A stretch of 63,720 nucleotides of DNA, filler included, from Octopus bimaculoides (GCF_001194135.2; 7 parts of 7 records of this genome joined end to end with filler, not necessarily neighbours in it), one strand, 5' to 3'. Shown: positions 40,035 to 53,711, counted from the first letter of the whole stretch. Program-made: numbers and translations. The notes: a model not told the origin generated them from the sequence alone.

Positions 40035-40408
40035 GATATCTTGTATTGCTCAGAACATAATTAAATAAGGACAAACTTAGTCTGAAAGCGAGCATGGTCA
40101 TTTAAGATAAACTTATGAAGGTGCTTTGGGCGGGGAATTTGGTTAAATGAGTACTTGGAGCCATGTACAAGAGTATTAACTTGGAGAGTAAAATTTTAGT
40201 TCATATAAACAAATTATATATTCACNNNNNNNNNNNNNNNNNNNNNNNNNNNNNNNNNNNNNNNNNNNNNNNNNNNNNNNNNNNNNNNNNNNNNNNNNNN
40301 NNNNNNNNCCGAGAATGAATAAAGACCTGAAGAAGTCACTTTATATAATAACTAAAAATAGAGAAATAACTGCAGTCTCAGAAAGTTATTAAAACATGTG
40401 TGTGTGTA

Positions 40409-40464
<56 letters not shown>

Positions 40465-41128
40465 CGTGCGTGTGCATTTGTCTGGAACTGATAAGAAAAA
40501 GAATATTGCGTCAAAAAGGTCAGCTACATTGCTGATGAATATCTCCTCGAATCTCAAATACAAAGAGGACAACCACGCGCTGCTGTTTCGAAACCTTCAG
40601 CTTCCCAGCTCAGACTATGAATTCATTTTTATATAATGTTATGTTAGAAAATGTCTGAATGACAATCTGGAAAAGTTAAAGAAACGTGCAAGTTAACACG
40701 CACAATGCAAATGCAATCTGTAAGCAGAATAGTAAAAATATGCAAGACTTCTTTCAAATTCAACATATGATATTGATTTTGTTATCTACATTCCAACTAT
40801 GTAAATATTTATCTTTCTTAGAAGCTGGCGCCTTCGTTAGAGGGGGAATTCAAATAATTAAAGACAGAAAAAAAAAATATATAGGTAATAAGAAAATCTA
40901 GGAAGAGCTGTACAACAGATGGTCTTCAGAGAAAAAGACAAAGATAACGGTATTACATAATTTATTAAAGATTCCAATCGATTCAATTGCTAGTGGACCT
41001 ATTTCATCAGTGCATTCATTGGTTGGTACATATAAAGATTATGTAAATCCATGCAATAATTAATGAATGAAGTTACCATCAGCTATCTCGTCAGATCACT
41101 TAGAGTATATTTGTGAGAATATCATCAA

Positions 41129-41287
41129 GGCGTAGTTGTGTTGTAAGAAGTTTGCTTCTCAACCTCGTGGTTCCTGGTTCAATCCCACTTCATGACACTT
41201 TGTGAAAGTGCCTTCTATAATAGCCTCGGGCCGACCAAAGCCTTGTCAGTGGATTTGGTAGACAGAAACTGAAAGAAACCTGTGGTA
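41129..41287 (+). mobile_element. SINE family B copy
   Basis: Matches 18295-18450. Confidence 0.85.
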
Positions 41288-42262
41288 TATATGTATATAT
41301 ATATATATACACAAACATATATATATANNNNNNNNNNNNNNNNNNNNNNNNNNNNNNNNNNNNNNNNNNNNNNNNNNNNNNNNNNNNNNNNNNNNNNNNN
41401 NNNNNNNNNNNNNNNNNNNNNNNNNNNNNNNNNNNNNNNNNNNNNNNNNNNNNNNNNNNNNNNNNNNNNNNNNNNNNNNNNNNNNNNNNNNNNNNNNNNN
41501 NNNNNNNNNNNNNNNNNNNNNNNNNNNNNNNNNNNNNNNNNNNNNNNNNNNNNNNNNNNNNNNNNNNNNNNNNNNNNNNNNNNNNNNNNNNNNNNNNNNN
41601 NNNNNNNNNNNNNNNNNNNNNNNNNNNNNNNNNNNNNNNNNNNATATATATATATATATATATACATACAATACGTGTGCGTGTGTGGCTTTGTGTCTGC
41701 GATCCCCCCCCCCTCACACACATACATGATAGCTTGACAACCGGTGTTAGTGTGTTTACTTACCCGTAACCTGATCGTTCGGCAAAAAAGACCGATCGGA
41801 AAAAATAAGCGCTGAGGTCGATTCGTTCAACCAAACGTCTTTAAGGTGTTGCCACCAACTTCACCGCAGTTTTTAATGAGTGAAACAACTAGAAGATTAT
41901 AAGATCAAAGATATTTCTTAGACTTTAGGTTGCAGAATATCAGAATTATGAATTAATACGCAAGTGAAACCTCAACCTGGAGATATTTCAGTAGATGAGT
42001 AATGAAGACAAGGGACATATCCTATTAAATTAGTGCACACCTCAATAATTAGTTCTTGTTAATATTGAGTCATGTATAGGAAAATTAGATACAATAGTTA
42101 AGAAATGAGTGGTTTGTTTATGCAAGAAGTTAGTCGTTTATCAATCGGGATTTCTTTAATCTCTATCTTCTATGTTTTTCAGTCTACGGAGAAATTGTTA
42201 AATTTGCCATGAGGGTATATCCACTACATCGATTTATACAGACATATATACATACACACACA

Positions 42263-42293
<31 letters not shown>

Positions 42294-42479
42294 GTACGTT
42301 CGTACGTACATACATACATATAATTATTGGGGCACTGGGATATATAACACACTACCTAAATACCAAACTGAGAAATTAGGTTTCTTAAAACCAGAAAGGT
42401 GAAAGCTGATTCGAAGACAACAGATCTAAGCCATCACTGGAACTGTAAATATCTGCAAAACTTTCCAGAAGTTTATCAT

Positions 42480-42563
42480 TTAAGTATATATGAACATATA
42501 TTTAAGTATATATGAACATATATTTAAGTATATATGAACATATATTTAAGTATATATGAACAT
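42480..42563. repeat. 22-bp perfect minisatellite, about 3.7 copies
   Basis: Unit TAAGTATATATGAACATATATT. Confidence 0.9.
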
Positions 42564-42789
42564 GCAACTATTTGCATGAGAATACACACACACACCACAC
42601 CCCATCACACATTACAATCACTCCGCTGATGAGCCCGTAGATGACTTTTAAGACCAGCTGCTGACTCACAGGGTTTTAAACACAAGTGGCAAATATTATT
42701 CAAGTTTCTTCTATAACTTTGCCCTTTGGAATCTGATTCTGAAGGAATGTTTTTGTGAACTAGCATATGTCTTTTAAGTCCTGATATTG

Positions 42790-43690
42790 TCTCACAAGTT
42801 TTTTGACATATGACACAAGTCGTAAGAGTGGTTGGTGTCCAAGATCATTACCTATCTGGGCATTACGATTTTCATGTGACTTCATATGGTTCACGTATCC
42901 TGCTTTTGACAACAGAACACAATCACATATAATACATATCCAATGTTCACTGTTGATTGCAGTTCCAATTGTTCCTTTGAAACAGGTCCTTCTAAGTTGA
43001 GAATGCTGAATCATCGTTTCCTCCCAGGCATTACAACCAGTCCTAACAGCACCGCTCCACTTGTTCCGATCTAGAGCATCATTCTCCCAACCACTTTTCT
43101 TCCCATATAGTCTCTTCAAGTTTTCCTTCACAATGTATTTATACCTTTTCCTCGGCTCATGCCTTATGGTCGCTTGCCAGAGTTGAGCTTACCACAAAAA
43201 AGACGCTTTGGCAAACGCTCGTCTTTCATTCTGATATCATGTCCAGTCCATCTTATTTGAGCCACGATAACATGTTGTTCAATTGAGCTGCAACGTTCCA
43301 TGCGCAGAACCTCTGTATCTGGTATGAAACATTCCCACTTGACTCCTAAAATACGTCTGAGCCACTTTTGATGAAATTTCTCCAGGAGTTTTACATGACT
43401 CTTGTAAGTAGTCCATGTCTCACTTGAATAAGGTGTGCAGACATTACACACGTTTTATAGATACTGATTTTTGTCTACAGGGAAATACCTCTATCCACCC
43501 ATACTCACTTTTCGAGCTTTCAAAATGCAACACTTCCCTATTCGATAGTATATCTCTGCATCAACACTAACATCTCTTGAGAGTATGCTTTGTCAACAAC
43601 TTCTAACATTGTTCCATTCACAAAAATGTTTTGTTCAGAATATGTTTGTCGTGGCACGGGAGTAAACATTACTTTGGTTTTCCCCAGACT
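42790..43690 (-). mobile_element. RTE-clade LINE 3' portion with C-terminal C2H2-like finger
   Basis: KTKVMF, YSSETWTTYKSHVKLLEKFHQKWLRRILGVKW, QIRWTGH..RMKDERLPKRLFCGKL, then CIICDCVLLSKAGYVNHMKSH. Confidence 0.9.
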
Positions 43691-44263
43691 ATAAATACAT
43701 ACATACATACATACATACATACCCTGTTGATGTTGTTGAAATTACAATGAGGGAGTATTGGATCTAGGTTGGAAATCGGCTCTTTCTCTATTGGCAAATC
43801 TTGAAATAAAACAGAATAATGACATACATACATATACACATACCTACATGCATACTTCTGGAGTGTTCTTACATTAGCAGGAAGTGTAGCTTCTTTTGAA
43901 GTCACGATCACCGCTATATCACACCACATTTCGAAGCTTATCATCTTGCAATCTAAAGTCAGGAGATAACTACACAATACCTAATAAACAAAAGAGACAC
44001 TTAAATTCTTAACCCTCAAAATTCGTCCTAAAATGTCAATTATTTTACATTTCTGGACAATATATTTATATATAATTGTATAACCCCCCCCCCCCNNNNN
44101 NNNNNNNNNNNNNNNNNNNNNNNNNNNNNNNNNNNNNNNNNNNNNNNNNNNNNNNNNNNACACACACACACTTTATAAGTCCATTTATGTGACGTGAAAT
44201 GTTTTTGAGTGCGTACACAGCAATGCATTAAAGGATTTACGAATCTCCATCCAAATCTCTTCT

Positions 44264-44296
<33 letters not shown>

Positions 44297-44604
44297 CTGT
44301 CTGTCTGTATGTGTAATCTCTCTCTCTCTCTCCCCCCTCTCTCTCTCTCTCTATATATATATATATGATGTATGTATGTATGTCTAAAGTAATGTAAATA
44401 TGTCTTAAATCTCTAATATTCGCATGTTTTCCGTAAGACACTTATTAATTGAAATAACAGTTTTAGTAACGCCGCCGACAACCGTACAACTTGCAAAATA
44501 TTTTGACGCCGTTTTTGTTCTTACTTATAAAGCCATTACTATAAGATCTCTTCATAATGAAAAGATCGACAGGCTAATGTCCTCTGGTGAGTGGTCAACG
44601 AAGC

Positions 44605-44770
44605 CGCTGGCGTGGCAGTGTGGTAAAAAATTAGCTTCCGAACTACTTGGATCCGGGTGCAGTCCCACTTCGTGGCACCTTGGGTAAGTGTCTTGGGTAA
44701 GTGTACTATAGCCTCGGGCCGACCAAATCCTTGTGATTTGGAAGACGGTAACTGAAGAAGCGCGTCGTAC
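44605..44770 (+). mobile_element. SINE family B copy
   Basis: Matches the family B consensus. Confidence 0.8.
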
Positions 44771-45744
44771 ATACATCTATATCTATAAAAGTCAGGTTGT
44801 GTGTAAGTGTGCGTGTGTAAACCCGAATAACATCTGAAGCTCAGAACTGATTTTCTCCAAAATTGGAACATACGTTACTGATGTTCCACAGAAGCTTTTA
44901 GATTCTTAAAATCTTCCACATAATGTGTAACGGGTCCACTGGGAGCAGAAAACACCCTTATTTTTTCAAGTAATTCATTACTACATATTCTCATGTGACA
45001 GTATAGGCTCAGTTTATGTTTCATATTCTACAGCCACGCCAGCAATTCGATGTCAACCTTCGCCTTCTGCAACATTTCAACAGTTTACTTCCCCGTTCCC
45101 GTCTCCCATTGCAACTCCTTTCCGGAATTACCCCTTTACGACAATATTTCCATTACACTTTCATTCATTCGACTGTCAACTATACGATGGGTCGAGTTAG
45201 ACACAGCGCTGACCGCCACAGAGGAGTGTATATCCACTGATAGATTTTCAGTGCGTTCGAAAATCACCTGTGCCCAATTTTCCAGGACAGGCTACGGCCT
45301 GTAATCCTCGAAACGGGGGCATGACATGTTACTTAGTCGAATTAGCCCAAATATTTTGTCATCAATGCTTCACTTTGCCGTATCACGTTTCAACATAACT
45401 GTAATATATATACAAACTTTGCCATTTTAATCCCGTGCAATATCGGGTATCTCTGCTAGTATATATATATATATNNNNNNNNNNNNNNNNNNNNNNNNNN
45501 NNNNNNNNNNNNNNNNNNNNNNNNNNNNNNNNNNNNNNNNNNNNNNNNNNNNNNNNNNNNNNNNNNNNNNNNNNNNNNNNNNNNNNNNNNNNNNNNNNNN
45601 NNNNNNNNNNNNNNNNNNNNNNNNNNNNNNNNNNNNNNNNNNNNNNNNNNNNNNNNNNNNNNNNNNNNNNNNNNNNNNNNNNNNNNNNNNNNNNNTATAT
45701 ATATACATTGATATATATGTATATAAACGTGTGTGTGTGTGCTT

Positions 45745-45915
45745 GGGGCTGAGTTATCCCTCGGCACCACTTGGTGTATCTAAGTCCCCGTAACTTATAG
45801 AATAAGTACCAGGCTTTAAAAAAGGACTGGGGTTGATTCATTCGACTAAAAGTTCTTCACGCCTACCCTCCAGCATGGCCACAATCTAATAATTGAAACC
45901 AGTAAAAGATGAAAG
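45745..45915 (-). mobile_element. Family C copy
   Basis: Reverse complement of the family C consensus. Confidence 0.7.
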
Positions 45916-46614
45916 ATAAAAGATACATATATACGCGCACGTGTGCACACACACATATACACACGCACACACACAATCATACATACATACATACATACAA
46001 ATATGTAGCATATAACTAAGCTGGCACTAAGTCGGTTACGGCGGTAAGAGCTCCAATTCATCTTGACAACTGAAAGTAACGTGCAAGTGTCTGAGCGTAC
46101 TCTTAACGTAGATCTTCAAGGAGATTCAGGTTGACACAGAATAACGCAAGGCTGACCGCTTAAATGACAGCTGCAACTCATTTTTACTAGCTTAATGGAG
46201 TGAAGAAACGGACACTAGGTGCTACCGTCGGAGATCAAACACACGACCATGAGCCAAACATCGGAACCACTAAGCCACGCCCTTTCATGTATATCATATC
46301 ACGCACGCACACACACGTAGCACACACACGTAGCACACACACACTCACACACACACACACACACACAGATATATGTATGCATGTATAGATATATATGTGT
46401 ATGTATATATATATATATATANNNNNNNNNNNNNNNNNNNNNNNNNNNNNNNNNNNNNNNNNNNNTTAATTAATTAANNNNNNNNNNNNNNNNNNNNNNN
46501 NNNNNNNNNNNNNNNNNNNNNACTATTTACCTTCGTGAAGAGTTACGTCAATCCTTTTTTTAAAAATATTATTATTATTATTATTATTGTTGTTGTTGTT
46601 GTTGTTGTTGTTAT

Positions 46615-46785
46615 TTCTACTCTAGGCACAAGGCTTTTAACATTTTTTTGGGGAAGGGGGCTAGTCGATTACATCGTCTCCAGTACATAACTGGTACTTA
46701 TTTCATCGGCCCCGAACGGATAGCGACGGGCAAAATACCGCTAAGCATTCCGCCCAGCGTGTTAACGATTCTGCCAGCTCACCGC
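46615..46785 (-). mobile_element. SINE family A monomer (right-type tail)
   Basis: Full head plus a GCCTTGTGCCTAGAGTAGAA tail like 51020-51045. Confidence 0.8.
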
Positions 46786-46788
46786 ATT

Positions 46789-46838
<50 letters not shown>

Positions 46839-49008
46839 TAAAATTTGAAGAGTTAATTTGAACAATGGATAAGGGTTAGACGAATGTTTAGGGCATCGTG
46901 AGTACGATTACAAACATAGGAAAGCCAGACTATTATTTATGTATTTCATTGAATATTTGAATTTGTATGAATGAATTTCGATTTATGAACACTTCAAAGT
47001 AAATGCATACAATCTGTTTTGGCAGGCAGGGAGAGGTATATCTGATTAACTCAATAGCATTTTGCAATGAGATAAACCCAAGAGACACTTTCTGGGATTT
47101 AGCTCGAACATACAATTTAATAATTTGTTTATCAATATTGTTAATCACAAAACATTCGATTCTAGCATATTACCCTTAAATTATAAAAAAAATATTCTTG
47201 ATTTCTTATTTTGAATTACTAGGAGAAACAACAGCCGAAAAAATCCATATTATATTGGAAGATTCAACGTTGTCGCATTATTTTAATTTGATAATATTTA
47301 CGAAATGAAATTTTAGTTACACCCATTCATATGAAAGTTGCAAATTAGGGTCATTCTGATCAAAAAGGATTCGCATTTTTTTCATCATAATTTGAGAAAA
47401 TATCGCCTCTAACTGATTGGTTCTGTGAATGCCAAAATGAGTACTCAAACATGAATGAAATTTCCAATTAAAATGCATTATTATAGAGAAGGGAGAAAAA
47501 CTAAATTTATCAAAATTAAGTAGTGGTTAGCATCGCCAGTACAAAATCCAAAGAAAATGCCTTTTTGGGTGTTTACGTAGTTATTGCTATTTGTTATTGT
47601 GAGTAAATCAGAATCGATTGAGCAGACCAATGTAGAAGTATTACAACCATGACCATCTCATTGTTCTTCATACATAACGTGTCTAGGAATATATTACAAA
47701 ATGTACAATTCTTTTCTCTAAAACAGTAGGGTATGGTTGATTTTAACGAATTTTGTCGCATTTAGTGATAGATCGAGAGGAACTCCGAAATAAAGACACA
47801 TCAACGGTCACATATGCACGCATGCTCGTACACTTACACGCACATACACATATACTTAGATATATACGTAAATAGTTCCATAGATACATATATACATATA
47901 TACATATGTTTATTAATTCAGGTCACTTTACATTTCATGCTTGGAAACATCAAAAAATACTAGTGGTAAGTGCTCCGACACGTGCAAATCATACGACGGT
48001 TACGGAACACTAGGTTCAAGGATATGGTTTGCTTCATCCTGTTTACGAATTGATAAATTTCTAGTGGTGCATAGCGATTTATATCAATAACATATTTGGT
48101 GCTACTAATGGACACGGTATACTAAAGAATACTAGCAGTTGCAGTAGTACTACGCAATTGATGCAAGAATATATATTAAGAGAATTTCCTACTGTCGCGT
48201 GAAAATTCCAAATATTATCAGAAACAAACACATTCACGACAGAATAAATGAATCATATCCAATGAGGCCCTACAAATGACGTTTCACGTAAATATAACAA
48301 ACACTAAAAACAAAGCAAAGCAAAAAAACATTAAATTCGCATGATATAGTTCGCCGTCAAGTTAGAGGTTTACAAACAAAACTGGACGAAGCAGAGCAAG
48401 GGCACGCAAAATTATTACTATTGGATCATTCAAGCATATCAGAATTTCTCCTACTAAACATTTTTGTCCTAAAATTGCCTTCCGGCATGAAATTTTGGTT
48501 ACTGAGAAGCCAAGCAGTCACTGCTTATGTATACACACACACACACATACGCGTGCACACGCGCGCGCGCACACACACACACACACAGACATGTATGCAT
48601 ATATATATATANNNNNNNNNNNNNNNNNNNNNNNNNNNNNNNNNNNNNNNNNNNNNNNNNNNNNNNNNNNNNNNNNNNNNNNNNNNNNNNNNNNNNNNNN
48701 NNNNNNNNNNNNNNNNNNNNNNNNNNNNNNNNNNNNNNNNNNNNNNNNNNNNNNNNNNNNNNNNNNNNNNNNNNNNNNNNNNNNNNNNNNNNNNNNNNNN
48801 NNNNNNNNNNNNNNNNNNNNNNNNNNNNNNNNNNNNNNNNNNNNNNNNNNNNNNNNNNNNNNNNNNNNNNNNNNNNNNNNNNNNNNNNNNNNNNNNNNNN
48901 NNNNNNNNNNNNNNNNNNNNNNNNNNNNNNNNNNNNNNNNNNNNNNNNNNNNNNNNNNNNNNNNNNNNNNNNNNNNNNNNNNNNNNNNNNNNNNNNNNNN
49001 NNNNNNNN

Positions 49009-49790
49009 ACCGTTTCCCCATTCAGACTGCTCCAGCCTTTGGAATGTCATCCTTGCTGTATGTGGTCGAGCATTATCCTGATGGAAGAACACCTTTCGTC
49101 TTGAAACCGAAAATGGTCATTTTGTTTTTGGCGCTGACTTATTCGCAGTAGATCTACTTTGTTATCGTTAGGTTTGGGTTTAAAAGTTCAAAGTGGACCA
49201 AACCTTTCATATCCTACCAAAAACAAAACATAACAACACCTTACGTGGAAGAAGACCTTCTTTAGCCTGGGGTGTCGGTGTTTTTTCCTTTTCCTACCCA
49301 CTGTCTTCGACGCTTAACATTTTCATATATAGAAGCCATTTCTCGTCACCAGTCACTATTCGGTCCAAAAAGGGTTCATTCGTAAAACTTCACAAAAAAG
49401 AGCACACATTCATTCTCTGCGCACGATTAGTCACGGAATGTTTGTGAGGAACCCATTGATCCAACTTACTTTTCTGATGGCACACAGGTGTCTATGAATG
49501 GTTGAATGATCAAATCCAAGTTTCTTTGCTAGTTCGTCGACAGTTACGATGGGATCTTGTTCCACCAGAAATTGCAGGACGTCTCCGTTGAGCTCTACAG
49601 ATCTTTCAGGACGAGGCTCCTCTTCTCGGCTCGGAGTTTCTGGAGCCACTGTTGATCCTGGCTTACGCTTATTGTCCGATCCTCATATACTGCATTAATA
49701 TTCCTCGAACTATCCGTTACGTTGTTGCCTTTATTGAACTCATAAGGCAAAATATCCTCTTTTGTCACTTCCAATTATCATTATTTCTAT
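49009..49790 (-). mobile_element. Mariner transposase pseudogene fragment, same family as 5517-6276
   Basis: VTVDELAKKLGFDHSTIHRHL, TGDEKW region (GTCACTGGTGACGAGAAATGG on the minus strand), FFHQDNARPHTA. Confidence 0.9.
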
Positions 49791-49794
49791 GATA

Positions 49795-49869
<75 letters not shown>

Positions 49870-49929
49870 CGCAGCCTCTTCTATCTTTCAAAATTCTGTC
49901 TATAGAACTGCAGTCTCTACCGGCGTCAG

Positions 49930-50025
49930 TCTTCTTCTTCTTCTTCTTCTTCTTCTTCTTCTTCTTCTTCTTCTTCTTCTTCTTCTTCTTCTTCTTCTTC
50001 TTCTTCTTCTTCTTCTTCTTCTTCT
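49930..50025. repeat. Perfect (CTT)n microsatellite
   Basis: About 32 uninterrupted units. Many other (TA)n, (CA)n, (GA)n, (TAGA)n, (TACA)n, (GAT)n and (TAA)n arrays occur throughout the window. Confidence 0.95.
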
Positions 50026-50614
50026 CATACCAACACCTCCCCTCCTTTTGTTTTTCAGTTGAAGGTTTAGCGGACGAAACGTCAAGACCCTTTTAATTTT
50101 ATTTCAAGCCTCAGACTAATAAGTGTTTCTGTTGATGTTTTTTCTCCCTCCCCTGCTTGGAAACCGGTGGTGGTTCGACAAAATGAAAACCGATATACTA
50201 AGTATCAGACTTTAAAAATAAAGTCTACACCTTTTAAAGCGGTCTAATGACAGAAACGAGTAAAAAAATGGAAGATGAAATATATGCTTGCATAAATGTA
50301 TTATATGCTCCAACCAATAGTGTTTTAAGCAGTCGTGTTTTCTTTTAGTGTAGTAATTTCCGGTTTGGGGCACATTGATTTCGATTTTAGGTGTTATCTC
50401 ACATATTTGGCGAGATGGATCAATCAATTATATCACTTCCTATACTTGCCTGATATTTATTTTATCTCCACCGGAATTTGACCCCGACACGATTTGAATC
50501 TCAAAAGGTAAATGAATATAGCAAAATCCTGCAAAGTAATTTGCGCGTTATTTCCCCCGTTTATGCTTTTCCAACAGTTATAACAAACGTTGTGACAATA
50601 TATAAGCATATTAA

Positions 50615-51046
50615 GGTGGCGAGCTGGCAGAAACGTTAGCACGTCGGGCGAAATGCTTAGCGGTATTTCGTCTGCTGTTACGTTCTGAGTTCAAATTCCG
50701 CCGAGGTCGATTTTGCCTTTCATCCTTTCAGGGTCGATAACTTAAGTACCAGTTACGCACTGGGGTCGATGTAATCGACTTAACCTCTTTGTCTGTCCTT
50801 GTTTGTCCTCTTTATGTTTAGCTCTTGTGGACAATAAAGAAATAAGAAACGTTAGCACGCCGGGCGAAATGCTTAGCGGTATTTCGTCTGTTTTTACGTT
50901 CTGAGTTCAAATTCCGCCGGGGTCGACTATGCCTTTCATCCTTTCAGGGTCGATAAATTGAGTCAAGTTGCGTACTGGGGTGTCGATGTAATCGACTGGC
51001 CCCCTCCCACAAATTTTCGGGCCTTGTGCCTAGAGTAGAAAAGAAT
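50615..51046 (+). mobile_element. SINE family A dimer
   Basis: Full unit 50615-50845 (A-box TGGCAGAAACGTTAG, B-box GAGTTCAAATTCC), followed by a second unit starting at GAAACGTTAGC (50846) with a different tail. Confidence 0.9.
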
Positions 51047-51595
51047 ATATAAGTATATTCCTAATTAAGCAAAGATATACATGCACCCTTACATTTAATA
51101 ACGTGTACTGATAATTTGATTAGGAAATCTCGTGTTATAGTTTTCAATTGGTAGGAATCCATCGGGCGATTCCTCCGTTCTTCAATAGATTTTAAATGTG
51201 ACAACACATATATTGTCTTGCAGCAGACCTCGAAAATATTACTGATAACAACGAAAGGAACAGCCGATGAAATTAAATGCTTCACTTCAGAGATGTAAGG
51301 AGAAAACGATTCTAGGATATACAAACTAACTATCCGTAGCTGGTAATCGAATAGCATTCTGTGAAGTATAAAATCACATTAATGTAGATATCACTTTATC
51401 GGAGGCCATATTTTATTTGAAGTCATATCATTTACTAAAGTTAAGGTTATGGTTGAAGGAGTAATGTTGAGAATATGTTCTGAAGGTTGATTTAACGCAG
51501 TGAAATAATGATAAAGTTATCGATGGCCACGACGAAAATAGTGGGGATGATAGCGATCACGATGATGATAATGATGGTGATGATGATAATGATGG

Positions 51596-51647
<52 letters not shown>

Positions 51648-53317
51648 GATGAAGATGGCGATGGTAAAATAACATCGTAAATATCAACAGCAATGATAAT
51701 CACAATAACAGATAAAAGAGGCATTAACCTTTAGTCAGGAATAGCTGTGTGGTTCACAAAGTTTGTTTCGTAACCACATAGTTCCGGGTTCAATTTCAAT
51801 GTGTCTTACCTTGGCTAAGTGTCTTTTACAAAATCCTCGCACTCTATCTATCTATCTATCTATTTATCTATCTATTTATCTATCTGTGTGTTATAAAAAA
51901 GGTAAAATGTACGTTTTCAAATACATAAAAACAGCGAACATTTAATGAATAAAGAACTCGGTGTAAGTGTAGAGTCGAATATTTATAATAATTGTATCGA
52001 TAGTAATTTCGAAGTTTTGCTGAATATGTAGCATAGTTTAAATAGTTTAGAAAATGCACAAGGCTCACACTTCGTGAAGCTTCGCAGTTATTACCAATAA
52101 AATTTCACACACACTCTCAAAGTGTATGTATGTATGTATGTATGTGTGTGTGAGTGTATGTATGTGTGTATGTATGTATGTATGTATGTGTGTATGTGTG
52201 TCAAAGATATATAACAGTGAAAGCAGGAAACTCTGTACTTTCGAGTAACAACAATATTCTGTATTGTTTTTATCTCCGACTGTGTCTGTCAGTCCTACCC
52301 CAATATTGCTGTCAGAAATACAATAAAGCTCTGACGTTGGAAAAACCGTTACCAACAACGTTTTTGTTTCCACAATGTCACATAAAATTAGAAAAAAATA
52401 AAGTGAAGTGGTACACTGCTAATGTTTTTCCAGACAAAGATGACAATAAGAATAATAGAAATTTTGAATAAATATATAAAGAAAGTATACAAAACAATAG
52501 CAATGTTGGTAGAACCGTTTATGCCGGTCGAATTCATTGAAATAAAATTGATGAAATAAACCTTGGATAAACTAGTTCATATTTAAATAGAAATAAAGAT
52601 ATGTACTTTTAATTTCTGGCACTTTCCTCTACAGTAGACAATGAAAAGCATTAGATGTTGGGTTTCGTCTCGGTCAAAATATTCTATCTACTTACTTTGA
52701 ATGTAAAACAAATGGAGTCGAATTCTGATTGACGTAAGCGGACTATCAGTCACGGAATTTTCGCTTAATTTTTGCTTCTTTTGTGACAGATACCACCTCG
52801 ATCATTGGGAGCTACGCTGCAACTTTTACTCGCATTTACTGAAAACAGCAACTGGAATGTGTTGAGGTTTAAAAAACTGGAATTAATTTCGTTCAAGCGC
52901 AAGTAGTAGTGAGGACCAAAATATCTAATTGTTTTTGTATTTTGATTTAGCACGTTCTTGTACGCTAGTTCGTAAAAATTATTCGCTGCAAAATCACAGA
53001 AAGGCGAATTCAAGTCGAAACCTCACGTCCAACATCACTTAGAGTATTTTTTCCTCGAGACTAAATCAAACAGCAAATGTTTTTTTAAAATTCCTGTGTA
53101 CAAAAACATGTTAAAGATAAACGTACACAACTTCATTTTGATTCTCACTGCTTCGTGTACCTACACTGGATATATTTACACGTAGTCAGTTACATGAAAC
53201 TGATTATACTTTTAATAACCTTATATATATATATATATATAAATATATATATAAGCAAAGTAGCTAGTTAGAAAATCTCTATAAGAGATGAAAGTAGTAA
53301 CTATACTGGGAAGTAAT

Positions 53318-53601
53318 GTTTATCACCACTTGGACATGGCTGTTCCGTAGGAACCGACGTTAATACTGTTTTTAACCTCAGGAGGACGTCTCATCCAGCT
53401 GGTTATTGATGCAATCTGCACCTGAAATATATAGCAAGCAGGAGAGCGAACCCCCACTATCTTCTAGCGACGACGGGACTATCAGACTATCCAGTTTCGA
53501 GCTATTTGTGTTTATCTCAGCTGGAGGAAGCGTCCTCCTGGCGTAAGAAACGGTAGTAAGGTCGGTTTCTACGTGACAGCCATGTTGAACAGGCGATAAG
53601 C
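53318..53601 (+). other. 85-bp imperfect inverted repeat (arms 53318-53402 and 53517-53601, 114-nt spacer)
   Basis: Ungapped alignment of the left arm to the reverse complement of the right arm: 65/85 identical. Confidence 0.9.
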
Positions 53602-53653
53602 ACACGTACACACACACGTATACGCATACACACACACACACAGACACACACAC

Positions 53654-53711
<58 letters not shown>

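Noticed and set aside
42625-42660. CTGATGAGCCC core-like motif
   Set aside because: No downstream stem II partner or GAAA.
50055-50090. GACGAAACGTC hammerhead-like 3' half
   Set aside because: No recognisable CUGANGA or stem II.
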